From the NCBI GenBank assembly GCA_045837725.1, contig JBEWZL010000272.1, positions 186,001-250,000 of the forward strand: DNA of 64,000 bases, given 5' to 3'. Under the pieces are notes generated by a model, which was given only the letters and a program-made list of their open reading frames with translations, was not told the origin of the DNA and did no database searches. Each line of letters starts with the position of its first letter. The stretch's first letter is position 1. The position numbers and the translations under genes were made by a program. The DNA is from Vermamoeba vermiformis. Its lineage: Eukaryota. Positions 48,956-63,747 of this stretch are shown in pieces.

Positions 48956-51900
48956 TTACATGTCTTGTAATAGTACTGCGAAGTCCGGACTAGGGAAGTA
49001 ACAGACCTTGGTTTCCGTTTTAACTTCATCGTCGAACAACGAAGATCTGCTGACGACAATTGAACGCGTGTAGATCGCACGTGTATCCAATAAATACTCT
49101 ATGAGCTGCTTAATTATAGCTGGACGGAACATAGTCGCTTTTTCTAATAGCTTCTCCTATTCAAAATAGTTGTTAGCCACGCGGATTTAGTAATTTACAC
49201 GTGTGAAACTGCCAACAGCAATTCATTTAATTCGAATTCACTTTATTACGGCCGGGCTTTTATATTACGTAGTAATGTGATTCTTGGGTAGTAAAGCAAT
49301 TTCACATCCGCAGCCGTAAAAATTATCTGACAATTACGTGCCTAAATTTTGATTTCTTGATTTGCTGCGATTTCAATTATCAAAAAAGCAATACCACAAA
49401 AACAAGCCAATTACCGAAAAAGAATTAAATGTCATATGTTATCGATGATAATGCATAGAATGATTACGTACTTCGCTAATACCAGGATTCTGATGAACTA
49501 AGCTGAAAATATTCCTCTTCAATCTTGACAGCGTCGCTTTGTCGACAGATCCATCCAACTTGATCCAAGGATACAACACCACGTGGCTGTCTTTAGCGAA
49601 CGCTACGACCTCTTGCAACATTCGACTATAACAGAAGCCGACATTAGTAACAATATTATAACAATACTAGCATTGAGAAGCGATTGTGAGTGTGACAATC
49701 ACTCAGCCAAGTCCGTAACTGACACGTGTCATTAGATCCGCTCATTACTTACGGCTTCTTAGGTGCAGCAGCAATGACTTGAGGCTCGCTTATAGGTGCC
49801 TTTTCAGCTTGATTCTGTTCATTTTCTTTATCAGTCGTGTTATTGTTGTTGGAGCTCTCGGTAGTGGCCGTTGCTTTCTCGCTGACACGCGAACTCGTTC
49901 TTTGACGCTTCTTCTTAGGCTCGTCTTTTTCACCCTCATCAACACTAACATTACTAGCACTTGACAACGCTCTCTTTCTCTTTCTCGTCAAAGGTATCTC
50001 CGCTTCTTCCGCTTGCGCAGTGTTTGTGTTGCTCGCAGCCTCTGTTAATTTGACCGCACTGGCTGCATTGGCAGCTGTTGCAGCTTCTTCACGAGGCTTG
50101 ATGATTTTGTACGGGGTGACAGTCCATCTATAATAAAAGAATTAAGAACTGAAGCAAAAAGTAATCGGATCCAAAATTAAAAAATAATAGTTCGAATCTC
50201 AGTAACCAAATCTTAACATGATTGCAGTTCTAAAGGTCTCCTAGGTTATGCAGCATCATCAATTCGAAAATAAACATCAAACAATTATCACTATGCCACT
50301 TAATGGCTTGTTATTGGATCAACCAGATCGCAACGAATTTCATTGTGGGATGCAAAAGGAAGAGTATTATACAAATAATACGATATTTGTAATCCTTCTA
50401 TAGTAATAATCGTTTCTAAATCACTTTGAAGTTCTTTACGTACCTTCCCAAGAATTTTCGTTCGACCCACGCGTACTCATTGACAGCAGTCACTCGCTCA
50501 ACAATTCCACTCATGTGCAATGCATTCAATAGCTTATCAAAGTTCTCTACGTCTTTGAAATGCTCCTATAAGTGGTATTAGAAAAAATTCATTTCGCTAG
50601 CAGATCCGGATCGTACCTTCAACCTGCTTTGATTGACTGCAGCTGCTGCAAAAGACTCAATAAAATCATAAATCTTCTTTGCGCTATCAATTTCAGCAGC
50701 AGTAAGATGCGTGATTGGATCAGCATTAGTCTCTTCATCCACATTGTCGTTGAAGTACGGCACAGACTTCAAAAACTCAGCGCATTCGGCCCACGAGCTG
50801 ATCTTTGGAGGCATTAAAGTCTAATGAAAAATCAGTACCAAAGCTATAGAGGTCGATATCATAATACTTACGCGATCGTCATTGGCGGGTGGCACACGAT
50901 TTTGTGGTGGATTTTCTTCGTCTTCGTCGTCAGCGGTCATAATGGCGTCGGGGAATCGCCTCTTAAGGAATTGAACGTGCACTTCAGGTACTTTGATCTC
51001 GGACAGGAGATAATTTCGCATTTGTGGCTCGTCTTCTTCGTCACTAGCGTCACTTTCGATATCATGTACCGATGATTTTTCACCTTCATTTTCACTCTCG
51101 TTCTCTTCGTCCACACTGAGGTTATTGTTGTTGTTCTTTTTCTTGCCCTTGGCAGGTGTTTTCTTCGCGCTCTTTTTGCCCTTCTTGGTCTCCTTCGTTT
51201 TGTTCTCGTTCTCTTTTTCTTTAGCGCTCTTCCATCGCCTTCGCTTTGGTTCAACTTCTTCAATTGAAATTTCAGGATGAAGCTGCCGAGCCTACGTTAA
51301 AAACCGCCTTTTGAAACACATCCAAAAAAAAACTTACGTTTTGACGAATCAGGTTCAAAATTCCTTGATGGACCATGCCACCAGCAGGTGCTATTTCTCC
51401 TTTAATTATCATATCATCTTCCTCCTATAAACGAGTTACTATGGTGTTCAGTGAACGAAGACTAGAGGACTTACATTTTGCGTGCTTAATTTTTGCTCAA
51501 ATTCCGCAGCTTCGCTAATGAGTTGTTCCGCAATAGGCTTGCCGAACATCTGTTGATATTTGAACGAAATTTTGAATCCACGACTTGACTTTGGAGCTCC
51601 AGCGTAAGATTTGGTTTGAATGATAATTCCTTCTTTGCGCAGCACTTCAAAACTCTGCGTGATTTCTTCTCGATCGAAGTTAGCCAAGAATTTGTATGCT
51701 GCTTCAGGAAGATATTCATCTTCGGGAATCATCAAGATACACTAAAATTGACATTAGTAATAATTTCATAATATTTTTTAGAAATGGCCATACCTTCAAG
51801 TAATCAGCCAATACGGTGTTAGCAGCAGTAGATAATTGCAGCTCAGGCTTCTGCACGGACTCAACATCGAACAAATTCTCGAAGTCTTTGATTGATTTCG

Positions 51901-54900
51901 GCAAGTCGAAGGTAATAGACTGCTTTTCTAATGTCGTCAAAGCACTGCTCAGAGCAGACATGTCACCAGCGTCCTTCGAAACAGCAGTGTTTTGTTGTCT
52001 GTGACGCTGTTCGATGGCAGCTTGGACGGCACGTTGACACTGAGTGAATCGCATCAAGTACTTCAAACGCTTCTTGCATGCCTCTGGTGGCTTGTGAATG
52101 ATGTTTGCAAGTGCTGTCCAATCAACGTCGTCTTGAGGACCCAACGACGGATTATCCGCTCGTTGTACGGTGTAATGTTTCAAGATGATAAAATCTTCCT
52201 CTGAGTTCCAGAACACCTTTCGTGTGGGTCTGACACGTGTCTTGGTGGCTTGCTGCTCTTCTTCCAAGTCAAATTCTTCCTCTTCTTCACGTGCATATTC
52301 CAGTTGGTTCTCACCAGGAGTAGCGCTTTCAATGGCACCGCGAAGAGCCCCGAAATTTCCCGTGTCGAATCGAATAGAAATACTTGGTCGTTGAGCAGCA
52401 CCTGGTCTCTGCGGACGATTGAAACTTCCGAATAAAGTGTTGGATCCAGCTCTCGGCTCTTCAGTTGACATTTCATCTTCTTCAGCTGTGGCTGTCGCGG
52501 CTTTCTTCTTGCCAGATCTACGACGTGGAGCCGTTGTGTTTAAGTCTTCAATCTCTTCTTCGATTTCTTCTTTCTCAGTTCTTTGTCTGGCCTCTTTCTT
52601 CTTTGCAATAGTTCTCGCTCGTTTGAGTGCGCGTAACTTGATCTTCTTGTAGTACATGAGCACTTGTTGAGCAGATAATCGAGATTTCTTCGCGACTTCT
52701 TGAACTTTCGGCGTGATTTTCTCGTACTCTTCGTTGTCTTCAGTGACATCCTCTTTGTTGTCATTGAGCACTTTCTTTTGGTAGTTCGTGAGGACGTTAA
52801 GACCAGTCCAGTTATATCGCACGAGGACCTCGGGAGGCAGATTGGAGTTATTTGAAGGCGTGACTTCAGCAACCTCTTCAACAGAGTTCTCATCGTCATC
52901 GTTTTCAAGGACTCGATGCAAAGCGATATATTCTAATTCAGACCAGTATCTCATAACCTCAGCCAAAGAATCAAACCTGAACATTCATTAGCACCGAAAA
53001 TTTTGAGGTCAAAAGAGCGTCGTTGTACACTTACTTGTAAGTACGTGTCTCAGGCGGCATTTTCGCTGTGTCTTTAATGCGACCGACTTTTGTCAAGTAG
53101 AAGGCAGGTGCATCAGCTTGCAATACGACAACACTTGACGCGTGTGTCGGATCAACATTTTCGTCGCGCGAAATGGAAGAGATGACAAGACCTAACCTCT
53201 TGAGCGTGTCTAGCAATAAAGCTAGCCGCTTGAAGCTATAGCGCTTGCGCATAAGAATTTGCCTAAAAAGAGAATAATTAGCCCGGGCTAGTTAAAAGTC
53301 GGGTCAAGATCTAAGGATCTGAAAAAAAAAAGTATAGCCCTCTTGCTAGGCAAGACGAGATTGAAGTAGCTCGGCTTACTGTAATTTGAAGGCATTTGAA
53401 ATAAAAATTAACATCGTAAAATGTAAACGACGTTAAATTTGGTCATTGAGTCGGTGCCAGATCCCGTTGACTTTCATTGTGGGAAAAGTTCACAAGCCAA
53501 TTAGGTTTTGACTTACTTGATATGCTCGGGGACCTGTCCAAAAGTCACGTTTTGGTCACGAAGTTCGTCGAGCTCAGCAATTTCTTGCGTGGATCCAATA
53601 ATTTGCAAGTACAAGTCCAACGGCATTCTTCAAAAAATCAATATTAGGACGAAATTAATTTAAATGCAATTGACTTACTTGTTCAAGATATCGTGGACTT
53701 GGAAGGCTCCAAAATCATCGAGATCTACGGTGTCGTCCTCCGTAGTTTGTTTTTGACCCGACCCCACGGGCGTGTTTGCGCTGGTAGTACCGCCCGTAGA
53801 TTTCTTTCCTTTTTTGGACTTGTTATTTTTAGCCGTGTCCTCTTCGACCTCCATAGCATCGTTGTTATTGTTAGGTCGTACGGCTTCACTACTCTGCGAT
53901 AAAGTCGTTTCAGTTGTCGGTCGGTAAGCGGATCCGACCAAGTTCGTCAACAAGGCATTCGAGTCCACTACTTTGTTCTTCTTATTAGACTTTGGTGTAG
54001 ACTTCTTTTCGCCAGTGGTGAGCTCAGTAAGCTTTTCTTTTTCCTTTTCAGTCATTTCTTCGGGGTACTTCGTCTTGCCTTGTCCAAGGATCACAGACAC
54101 GTTCTTATTGTTGTTTGCATTGCTGGTGCTGTTGTGGCCTTCAAAGACTTGCAGCCACAAGAATTGATGCAACATCTTCACACGGATCATCTTCGCACGA
54201 ACATAACCGTACTGAAGTGACGTCTGCATGTTCAAGCCCTAAAAATTTAATTAGGCGATTAGCGTCATATTTCCTTTTATGGTAATGAGCTCTACTTACG
54301 TCGCCTGGTGGTTTTTTGACAGTGACAGGCAGCTGCTCGACACGGTCAACTTCTTCAAGCTCGACAACTTCCTTGTTGGCCTTGAGTTTGCTCGGCGTGT
54401 TGGCTTGTTTGATGACGAACTGCGAGTCGCGCAATCTTTCAATGACGTCTTTGACTTCAGGTGATTCAATAGTCAAGTGCGGCATGATCAGTAAAGTGAA
54501 CTTCTTCGGTGCACCAGACATTTGAGGCACGCTACGAGAATTGGTTAGTTAGTTTTGAATGACTTGCCTAATATGGAAATAAGAGGACTCACGTGGTGTT
54601 CAAGATCTTGAGTTCGTTGTCTTTTTCCATTTTAGACACCATTCTCTTAATAGTCTTCAAATCGATCTTAGTCTCGCTCGGAACTTTTTCTTCGAGCACA
54701 CGACGCAAATTTGTCTCGAGCAATACTTTGTGCTTTTGCAACTCATCGAGAATAACTTGTTTGCGTTGACTGTTTTGAAGGGTAACGACTGTTCGACGGC
54801 TCGGAGTTGCTGCTAAAAATAGAAGCAATAAGGATCACGTGCAATAGAGCAAAAATAGTGTTGTGACTTTACCTCCTTCAGATTCACCCTGTGAAGTCTC

Positions 54901-56991
54901 ATCAGTACTTTTAGCGGGTGTTGACGGTGGACTAGTGACATTAGTGTTATTTTTAGCAGGTGTAGCCTTGCTCTTTTTAGCAGTTTTCTTTGGCGTCGCA
55001 AACACTTCTCCCTCAGCTGGAGCCTGTGTGGCCTCACTTTGACTCGACTCGTCAACGACTATGGCTGACTTGGTCGGTGTAGTCTTTGACGGTGTCTTTC
55101 GCTTGACATTGAGTTCTTTCGGCAACACCGTGGAAGTCACGTGCTGCAAACTTTGATCGTTCATGAATCTGCTCAACACGAACCGATACGCCGTTTGTTT
55201 GCCGTGCACTTCAGGAATAGCCAAGATATCGTACTCGCTGTGATAAAATCGACCAATCAGAACCATTAAAGCAAAGAAATTTCAGCACGGCCAAATCATA
55301 CCTAGTCATCGTGTGCATTTTGTTCGTTAAACTTCTTCGACTAAGTGCATTAATAATTCTCGCAATATCATTTTTGAACACTCCCGATGCACCAGCTGCC
55401 TCAATGAACTTGTAGATCTGATAGTCGATCGATAACTCAGCCACTGCTTTTCGTGTCTCCATAGCTGTTGCGCTGCTCATGCCTTTTTGGTCGTCTAGAA
55501 TAATGTAAATTAACTCATTGGTCGATTTTTAAGATCCACAGGAAAACTAAAATATTTAGGTTGTACGTACCTTTAGAAGTATAAGGCTTCAATAATCTCA
55601 CGCACGAGATTAATTCTTCCGAATCCGGTAACTTAGCATCAAACAGCTTGATAAATCCGTCCTCCGTCAAATTTTTACGGATTGTCGGCCAGATCTTCTT
55701 CGAGCCCATCATAATATTCTATCATAATACAAGGGTTAGCTTCATATATACACTTAAGTGTTATATTAATATATGCGTACCAAAGCTCTATTGATTTCAG
55801 ACTCTCGTAAGATATTTTGTCGTGCACTGGATAACATGTCACAAACACGTTGTTCAATAGAGGTATAATAAATGAATTCTTTTGAGCCAGTAGTCTCTTG
55901 CTCTTCTTCATCTTCATCGAGCTCTTCACCGTCATTTTCAGCTGCGTCACCTCCCGCGGATGAATCGCCACTGAATCGTTTCAAATGAATGATGTTTGTC
56001 TTGGTTGACGGTTTGCCTGGAACTTGTCTTAACACGCTCTTACGAACCCTATAATAAATATTAATATACTATAATAATAATACATGAAGGTACGTACAAT
56101 AAGCCGTGGACTTCAAGTTTTTTCAAATGAAAAAATACTGTTTTTGCATCAACGTTCAATTTTGCTGCCAAATCCGTTTGAAACATGCCATTTGTTCGCG
56201 CTAATGCGAGCAATTCTAAAATGCGATATTGAATGTCGTTCATGAACAAGTCAGGCTAAAAATAAAAATCAAAAATTAGATCTCGCGTAAAAATGCTTCA
56301 TAGGCTTCTAATACACTATATTATCTATTATACTTACGTCAGTAATTCCTAGTGCTCTGTCGCGCGAGTCTTGATCCATAACAATGCGAAATTTGTTGCC
56401 ATGAGCAGTCAACTCGGCAATTGATTTATTGAGTGTAGCTTCATCTGCTTTCTTACGCTGAGGGTCGTAGCATCCGCGTAAACTAATATAAGTGAAGTAT
56501 AAGTTTCTGATAATATTGTAGGAAATTTTCGGCCGATCGTGCAAATGGCCGATCCACACCGCCAAAACCGAAAATAAATGTATAAGGTCGAGCTATAATA
56601 TTTTGCAATACATACCCCTTAATCTCAGATTTGGCTAAAGCTGGCTCGTCCTATTAGAGCGTGTATTAGCAAAAATAAATTTTTGATTATTATTTCGCGC
56701 TAGTAGCGTCTTATTCCGCTAATATATTCGTACCTTATCAGATAGAAAATATTCTAATTTTTTGGAAGGTCTGATTTGCTGCCAAATCCAGTTTTTCATA
56801 TAATCGTCGATCGTAAATTGTAATTCGCTTTCCAACAGAGTCCATAGCTCAGGAAGAGATATTCCTATGAAATATAAATTTAATTAATAATTGTGGTAAT
56901 TAGTATTTGGGTATTTGACCGGGTTCGAACTCTCACCATGTAATCCCGCCAAACCGATCGAATCTAGCGTGAAGTCGAGTATACGTTGCAT
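48956..56991 (-). CDS. GTF3C1: TFIIIC B-block binding subunit (GTF3C1/Tfc3)
   Basis: Very large multi-exon gene. QYRILELLALARTNGMFQTDLAAKLNVDAKTVFFHLKKLEVHGLL, KIDLKTIKRMV, YGYVRAKMIRVKMLHQFLW, LLDTLKRLGL and YWSELEY match the family pattern. Confidence 0.88.
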
Positions 56992-57138
56992 ATTGATACT
57001 CGTAAACTAATTATACAATGTTTTTTTGTTTATGCTACTCCATTAGCAGAGTGGTATGATAATAAATTGCTAACAAAAATTTATTTCGACCGGTACTGCG
57101 CATCTAGGCGTAGCACACTATTTACAAGAGATAGTCCC

Positions 57139-60080
57139 TTACTTCAACAATAAGCTGTTCGATACATCCGCAAAAGGTACTCGTAGCACAGATTGCTTGG
57201 AGTCTGGGCGGGCTTTTTTTGCAGGTGAGGCCGATCCGTCGTTCTCTGTACTACGCGCACTTGGTCGTCTGTCAGCAGGCGTCTTCTTGACCGATTTAGC
57301 AGTTTGTTGTGTTGGAGGTGTTGCCTTCGGAAGCTCGGCCATGATCACATCGGTGTCCTGCTTAGTGGCGTTTATCCGAAGCCGAAAAATCTCAGGGGCT
57401 TCACCAGCGAACAAAATGCTCTCGCGTCCTCCTTTCTCTTTGATCCACAAATCTTTGTACTCTTCACCGTACAGCACTTGGCGAGCCGTCGGACGATCTT
57501 TCGGATCGACGCTCATCAGGGCGTGTACGAGACGTTTGAAGGCCGCTAACATTTCCACAGTGACTCTGGCATCGATACTAGAGTAATTACAACCCCAAAA
57601 GCATGAAAAGCGCTGAGTAGTAGAGCTAAAATAGTAATTAGTATCGTTTCCACGAAATAACATCCGTTACAAAACTCTGTTTAAGCTTCATTTGCAATTA
57701 TAATTTAATATGATTTATACTGTTTAGCTTATTTAATTGCATCGTTTGTATTAAAAAACCGTAACAACGTAAAGTGCTTACGTATCGTGTACTAGCAGCA
57801 TTGACTCGCGGACTTCGGCGTCGGGTTTCTTGTGCCACTTGTAACCAGGCATGTTATTAATGAAAAATCTTTCGAGTGGCCCTCGATGAAACTATTGGAC
57901 TGTTAATAATCCTGGCTGAAAGTAATCGCATAGTATAACTTACAAGCTCAATTAACATCACTCCCACGCTGTACATCTCGGACGCGAATGAGTACGGCTG
58001 ACCCGAAAAAATTTCAGGTGCCACGTGCCCACGAGTGCCTACGAACTCTCTGTCTTGAACTAAGAGGTGTTAGAATTGAAAAATGAGCGATTAATAACGC
58101 ACCAGCCTCTAACGGTCCGGCCTGATCAAAATCGGCCAAATAAAACATTCCTTGCTTGACGAATGCATTGTTGTACTTGACATTGCCGTGCACAAGCCCA
58201 TGTTCATGTAAGTAATCAAAAGTCTAATGATGTAATAATTAGAATTATCGTTAAAGGTTTGGTTGTACGTACCAAAAATATTTCCCGTAAAGCACGTGCA
58301 AAGTACGAATGAATCGAGGTGCTGTGAGCGGTTTGATAGACCAATATGTAGCGCTCTTTGTCTAAAGTGCCCCAGCACATTGGTCTCAGAATGGTCCTCA
58401 ATGGCAATCTCTTGATGAGTTCCAGCTCGTAGTGAGTTCCATCGACGATTTTGCAACACTTCCCGAAAAATCGGTTCGAGCCAAAGTCTAGCCATATGAG
58501 GCTCTTTGAGCGGTGCTTCTCGACTGTGTATGGGCCAATCTTGGAGCCAACAGGGAACAACTGTAGTAACGTGTTGTCAAGCCGCTTGGATGGTTGTCCG
58601 CTTTCATCATCCTGCAATGTGTCGTTGCCTCTGTTGTTATTATTGCTATTTGTGCGTCGTCCGTCTGCCTTTTTGACTGCATTCAAAGCGTTAGATACAA
58701 CCTAAATCCTAATTGAGGTACTTACACAACGCATCCGAAACGCGAGAGGTTTTTCCTTTCGACCGAATAGCTGGCTCGAACAAAGACTTTTTGATATTCA
58801 CCCCCTTGAATTCTGGCTCAGCTAAGTTGAAGCAGACGTACAGGGTGAAGATCTGCGGGACAAAAGCGTAACTGTACTCGAAAGTGCAGTTCAGATGACA
58901 GTTCTTAAGCCAACGAAGCTCATAACGAACGGCATTTTGCCTCTCAACACAGGTGGCAATGAAGATGGTGCTCTGCTTTCCACCATTGACTTGGCCCATG
59001 ATGTGACGAAAAACACCCTGTTTGGCGTTCTCCTCGAGGGCACTCTGACACTCTTCGAACAGCTTGTACGTGTCTTTGTGACCCACCGCAGAATTCGACG
59101 TCTGACCATCTTCAGCGATCAGCAGTTGCTGGCCTTCTTGCGTGAACACCATAAAGTCTGGGCGTCTATTCTTCTTTTCTTTGTTACTGGTGCCTTAGTT
59201 AATAAGATGTCGATTCCAATCTATAACTTACGAATGCTGTGGGTAGTTTTTGAAGGCTACATCTGCCGAGGAATAAACCTTCCGTTCGTAGTCGGATTCA
59301 GAAACAAACGAAGTTTTTTCCTCTGTCGGATTAAGGAACCACGTCACGCCCTCCGCTAAATATGCCATTATCGCTTTGAAGTTGAGCTCGGGCACTTCAT
59401 TATTTAACTCCTATATCATAGAATTAGACGTCTGAATAGCAGTTTTGATCTTAGTTACATTTGCTTTTGCGATGAAATTGGTCCAAGAGGGCCCGAATGT
59501 ATCTTGTCTCATAGTTGGAGGGTTAATGTCCTAATAGATAAGTTAATCGAGTTGATAGCAATCTCGTGCTCTGAAGAATCATACCGCTTGAATTGCCTCC
59601 CTTAACGAGTTTATAATCAACCGATGCCGATCCGTTAAATGAGACTGCAACTCTTCTATGTAGTCTTCAAGCTGATGCGTGGAGGGCTCTAGATTCCATT
59701 TGATCGCATGTCGGGCCCCTGGAGGCAACTTCTCCACATCCGCTTCGCCGGGCAGCTCACTGTGCGATATTACTAAATTATATTTACTATATATAACGTA
59801 CGTCGTATATTCTTCTGCAGGCGCTCTCATGTAAAGGCCAGCCCAGCACCTATTTTTGTATTCTTTAAGAAACGAAACAAGCGCGCCAGATCGCTTCTTC
59901 GTCGCGTCTTCGAGTGCCTGCTTCTTCATTGAAATTTTTTCTGTAATTTTAAAAGGATAATAATTAGAAAGAAGCGCCTTTGTTCAATAATAATAGCCAT
60001 CTGCTCGAGAAAAAGCTTACTTGCAGGAACGCTGCTGGCAGTTAAGTCGCTCGTCGAGCTAATGTCTCCTTTGTCTTCAA
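57139..60080 (-). CDS. Nuclease-fold + probable pseudokinase (CR-type effector-like); start uncertain (clear ORF from 59929, probable extra exon ~60022-60080)
   Basis: RRPDFMVF..LLIAED..HKDTYKL (restriction-endonuclease-like), an Asn-rich linker, then a kinase with VHGNVKYNN, LADFDQAG, GTRGHVAPE and DPKDRPTARQVL. Confidence 0.7.
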
Positions 60081-60395
60081 CTAGAACAGTTGATTATTAA
60101 ATTAATTTGTTAGCTCGGCGCCCAAATTTGCAACCAAGCTAAATGAAGTCGGAAAAATCTAAATTTGGAACCAATTTCTATCGTTATGCGCGAGTAGCTC
60201 CTTCAGCCGATTGGCTTGTCCTTTTGAAATCTTATTTTGGTTGATTATAAGTTGATGTGTTGGGTTTTGCATAAGATGAACTTGATGCTACTGACGGGTT
60301 TTCTTGGGAAGTTCAGCCTTGTTTGGGGTAAATACCTAAATAATTCGTTCCACCAGTTAGTATTGTTCTTTTAAACAGCGCAACAAGCCACTCGT

Positions 60396-63300
60396 ATGAT
60401 ATTATTACGACATTTAGTGGCTTTAGCTCTTTTTACCTGGATCGTTGTCGCGTCATCAGCGGCTTCTTCAAAAGAAGCTTTTACTGAAGAGCTCCTTGTT
60501 GTACCGTTACCTGATGGCAAAGCATTGACTCATTTTCAATTTACTACGCAATGGCAAGTCGATGCAAGCAAATTCAAGAACGATTGTAAGCAGATGGAGC
60601 GTATGCCTTTCAAAAAATTAATTAATCCTTGAATAATAATTTGATAATTACCTACATGCACTATATGAATTTTAATACGAGTTATGACCATTTTATTAAT
60701 TTTTAAATATTTTAGTTCAATTTTTCAATTTGTTTCCAAAATCTTTGGGCCAGTTGCTGCACAAATATCAAGTAGATGAGCTCCACTTAACATTTACGCA
60801 AGGAAGATGGATGTACGAGCGATGGGGTACGTAATTATATTCATCAAAGTAATTTTAAAATTGCAATGGCGGATCAGACGTCAGCCAAATTTTATTCATC
60901 CAATTTATTTGCTTAATATATATTCATGACTTATTATAGGCTATCCTATCCATGCCGCTCCATTCGGCGTCGAATTATACGCTTGGTTTAAACCTACAGT
61001 CGATCAGGCTTCGTAAGTTGCAAAAACATTTAAGCCTCATTTGTATTTATTAATTTAATTTTTTATTATTATTATTAGCGCTGAAATGCTATGGCGAGGC
61101 TTGACTAACGGTCTTTCGGGCCTTTTCTGCGCTTCTTTACAATTCTTGGACGACAGCGAAATGAGGTACCAGATCCACTCTTACATACAAATCCTTATTT
61201 ATTTATTACATATGAATATGATGCACTTGCCGCCTATGATGTCCTATATTAATATGAATATAATAGAAACAATACATTCGGAGAAGTCAGACAGTTTAGA
61301 CCCCACGGCCAAACAGCTCAGCCGTTCAAATCTTTCAGAGCCGAGGGAGATTTCAACGCACGTGATCGATCTGCGAACTCGATCATGTTCTACGGCACAT
61401 TGCCACACGAAGCTGTGTGCACTGAGAACTTGACGCCCTGGATCAAATTGTTGCCTTGCAGAGCTGAGGTAACTTCTTCGAATTTTAATTTTATTTGTTT
61501 TCGAGATAACGGCATTTATATAGAATAGTACAACCTTATTATATAATCTTTCGCTCGCGGATTCAATTTCTATTTCAAAAGAAATTTCGAGATCAGCTTC
61601 AAATTTTTTCTTGATCGATTATGAGTCTCCATTTAATATGAATGAATATATATAGCTCAGTAATATTATAATATTAGGCCGGTTTTGGCGCCTTATTGTC
61701 CAAGCCTCAAAAATTGTACGATGTTAACTTCCATTCGATGGGCATTCACTTCAGACCTATCTGCAACGATGTACGTACTATTAATATGTATTATAAGGTT
61801 TATATACTACCCTGAAATATTATTAGAAGGACTGCAAGACGAGTAAATTGGAGTTGGCTCAAACCTTGAGCATTGTAATGGATCCGCTCAAGGCTACCAA
61901 GAAGCGAGGTAATATTACATACGATAGTTTATTAGCGATATTGAGGTCCTTATTCAATACGAAATATTCAGTTTAAATATTCTTTTGGAGTACATCCAGT
62001 TTATTTGATAATGTTATCAAAAGCTGAAGATAGAGAGCTAATTATATAATATAAATAGACTTCTCTTTGCAATCGCTCTACAATGAAGGTTTCGTCAATG
62101 CTTGTCCTCTCGCCTCGCGCAGCACGATCTTCGTTGAGCCATCCAGCAACAACGCGTACTCGATCCAGCTTACTTCGTCTAACCAAGAGCTGCCTACTAC
62201 TATTCCATGGAAGACCTTCGGTGATAAGGGCACTAAGGACTATATTCCCTTGCAGTACGTCACTTTGAAGCCACACATTGATCCCGTGGATGTGCAACTC
62301 ACTTGGAAGGACCAAATGATTAATTACGGTACGTGCACTATCTATATACATAGTTGACGATGCATATATCATATTTTATATGAAGATTATATTTCGGAAC
62401 GTGACCTATCTTCGTGTAACGGATCAGTTTACCTGGATCCGCTCACTTTTATTTTAGCCATATATTTGCAAAATTGACTTCTATAGTAACGCTTAATATA
62501 CTAACCTATATTATCAGATGAATTGAACGCTCAAGTCGATATTTTGGCTCGTCGCTACGTTTCCGGATTTGGTCAACAACAAGGAGGTCTCGTCATGCAC
62601 TTTGAAAATAAGAACAAGAAAGATATAGCCGTCTCTTATTATCAAGCTGTGCCCTGGTTCATGAAGCTCTATTTCCACACCTTGAAGATTGTTCAGAACG
62701 GCGCGCAGATCAACCCTACAAACTGTAAGTCCTTTTTAACCCTTTAATTATAACTCCCTTTGAAATTATTATGAACAACTCATATAATATGATATACTTA
62801 TGTTTATAGTTTATTTTTCTTTCGCTATTCGAACAAACAAAATGGATGCCGATCTGGCTAGATTTGGCTCGTGCTTTTTTTTCGAAAGGATTACTTAGAC
62901 TAATATTATTGCATAGTCTTCTCGTTCAGAAGAATCGAACCAAGCGAAGACCGCAAAAGTCCAGCGATTATGGAGCTCGAATTCAAGTTGAAAGCCAACA
63001 CGACCACTTTCATCACGCTCGACTTTGACAAATGTTTCTTGCATTACACTGAACACCCGCCTGATGCTAATCGAGGATTTGATATTAGCGGTGCAGTCAT
63101 GACCATTCATTATGATCGAAACGCTGATGAAGGTAATTTCCTTTTATAGAAACCATCGCAAAGTTGCTGATCCGATCTGGATCTAACGCAAAAAAACATT
63201 CTCATTTTAACTTAAATTTTGTCTTATAATATGCTAATACGCGTACCATTACAATTGCATAATTATACTTTTGCAAATTGATATTTACGAAATCGAGATC

Positions 63301-63747
63301 TGACGTTGGATGTAACATTTTTCGTTTCAGTGAAAAAAGAAGGCATTCGCAGTTTGCACTACAACAATGGCCTCGAATGGTCTCCATTATTATACGATCG
63401 CAAACAATTGGCTGCAAATATTGCACCGAAGCAAGCGTCATTGCGCGTGTACACTGAAGGCATTTTAATGTCATTACCAACCCCTGATTTCAGTAAGAAA
63501 ATAACTTATATTATTATTACCATTTAAGGAAATGTCTTACTTAATTTTTCCTTATTTAGGCATGCCTTATAACGTTATTACATTGACTTGCACCGTTGTC
63601 GCTTTGTACTTTGGATCTGTCTTCAACACGTTAGAGCGCAGATACCGCGATGTGTTCATTGACAACGAGTTCGTGTCTGATAGACCGATATTCAAATTGT
63701 TGCGTAAGATTGGTGGTTTGTTCTCTGGAAAACAGAAGCAAAATTAA
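60396..63747 (+). CDS. PIGT: GPI transamidase subunit PIG-T/Gpi16
   Basis: Signal peptide, FTEELLVVPL, ELHLTFTQGRW, LSGLFCASL, EAVCTENLTPWIKLLPC, EHPPDANRGF, LPTPDFSMPYNVITLTCTV. Confidence 0.95.

Noticed and set aside
21350-56991. Functional link between the tRNA gene and the TFIIIC subunit gene
   Set aside because: They are ~27 kb apart with many unrelated genes between; co-location is most likely chance.
57094-57136. Two small hairpins (GTACTGCGC-ATCTAG-GCGTAGCAC and ACTAT...ATAGT) at the 3' end of the pseudokinase gene as a Helitron terminus
   Set aside because: Stems are short and imperfect, there is no correctly placed terminal CTRR, and no Rep/helicase is present in the window.
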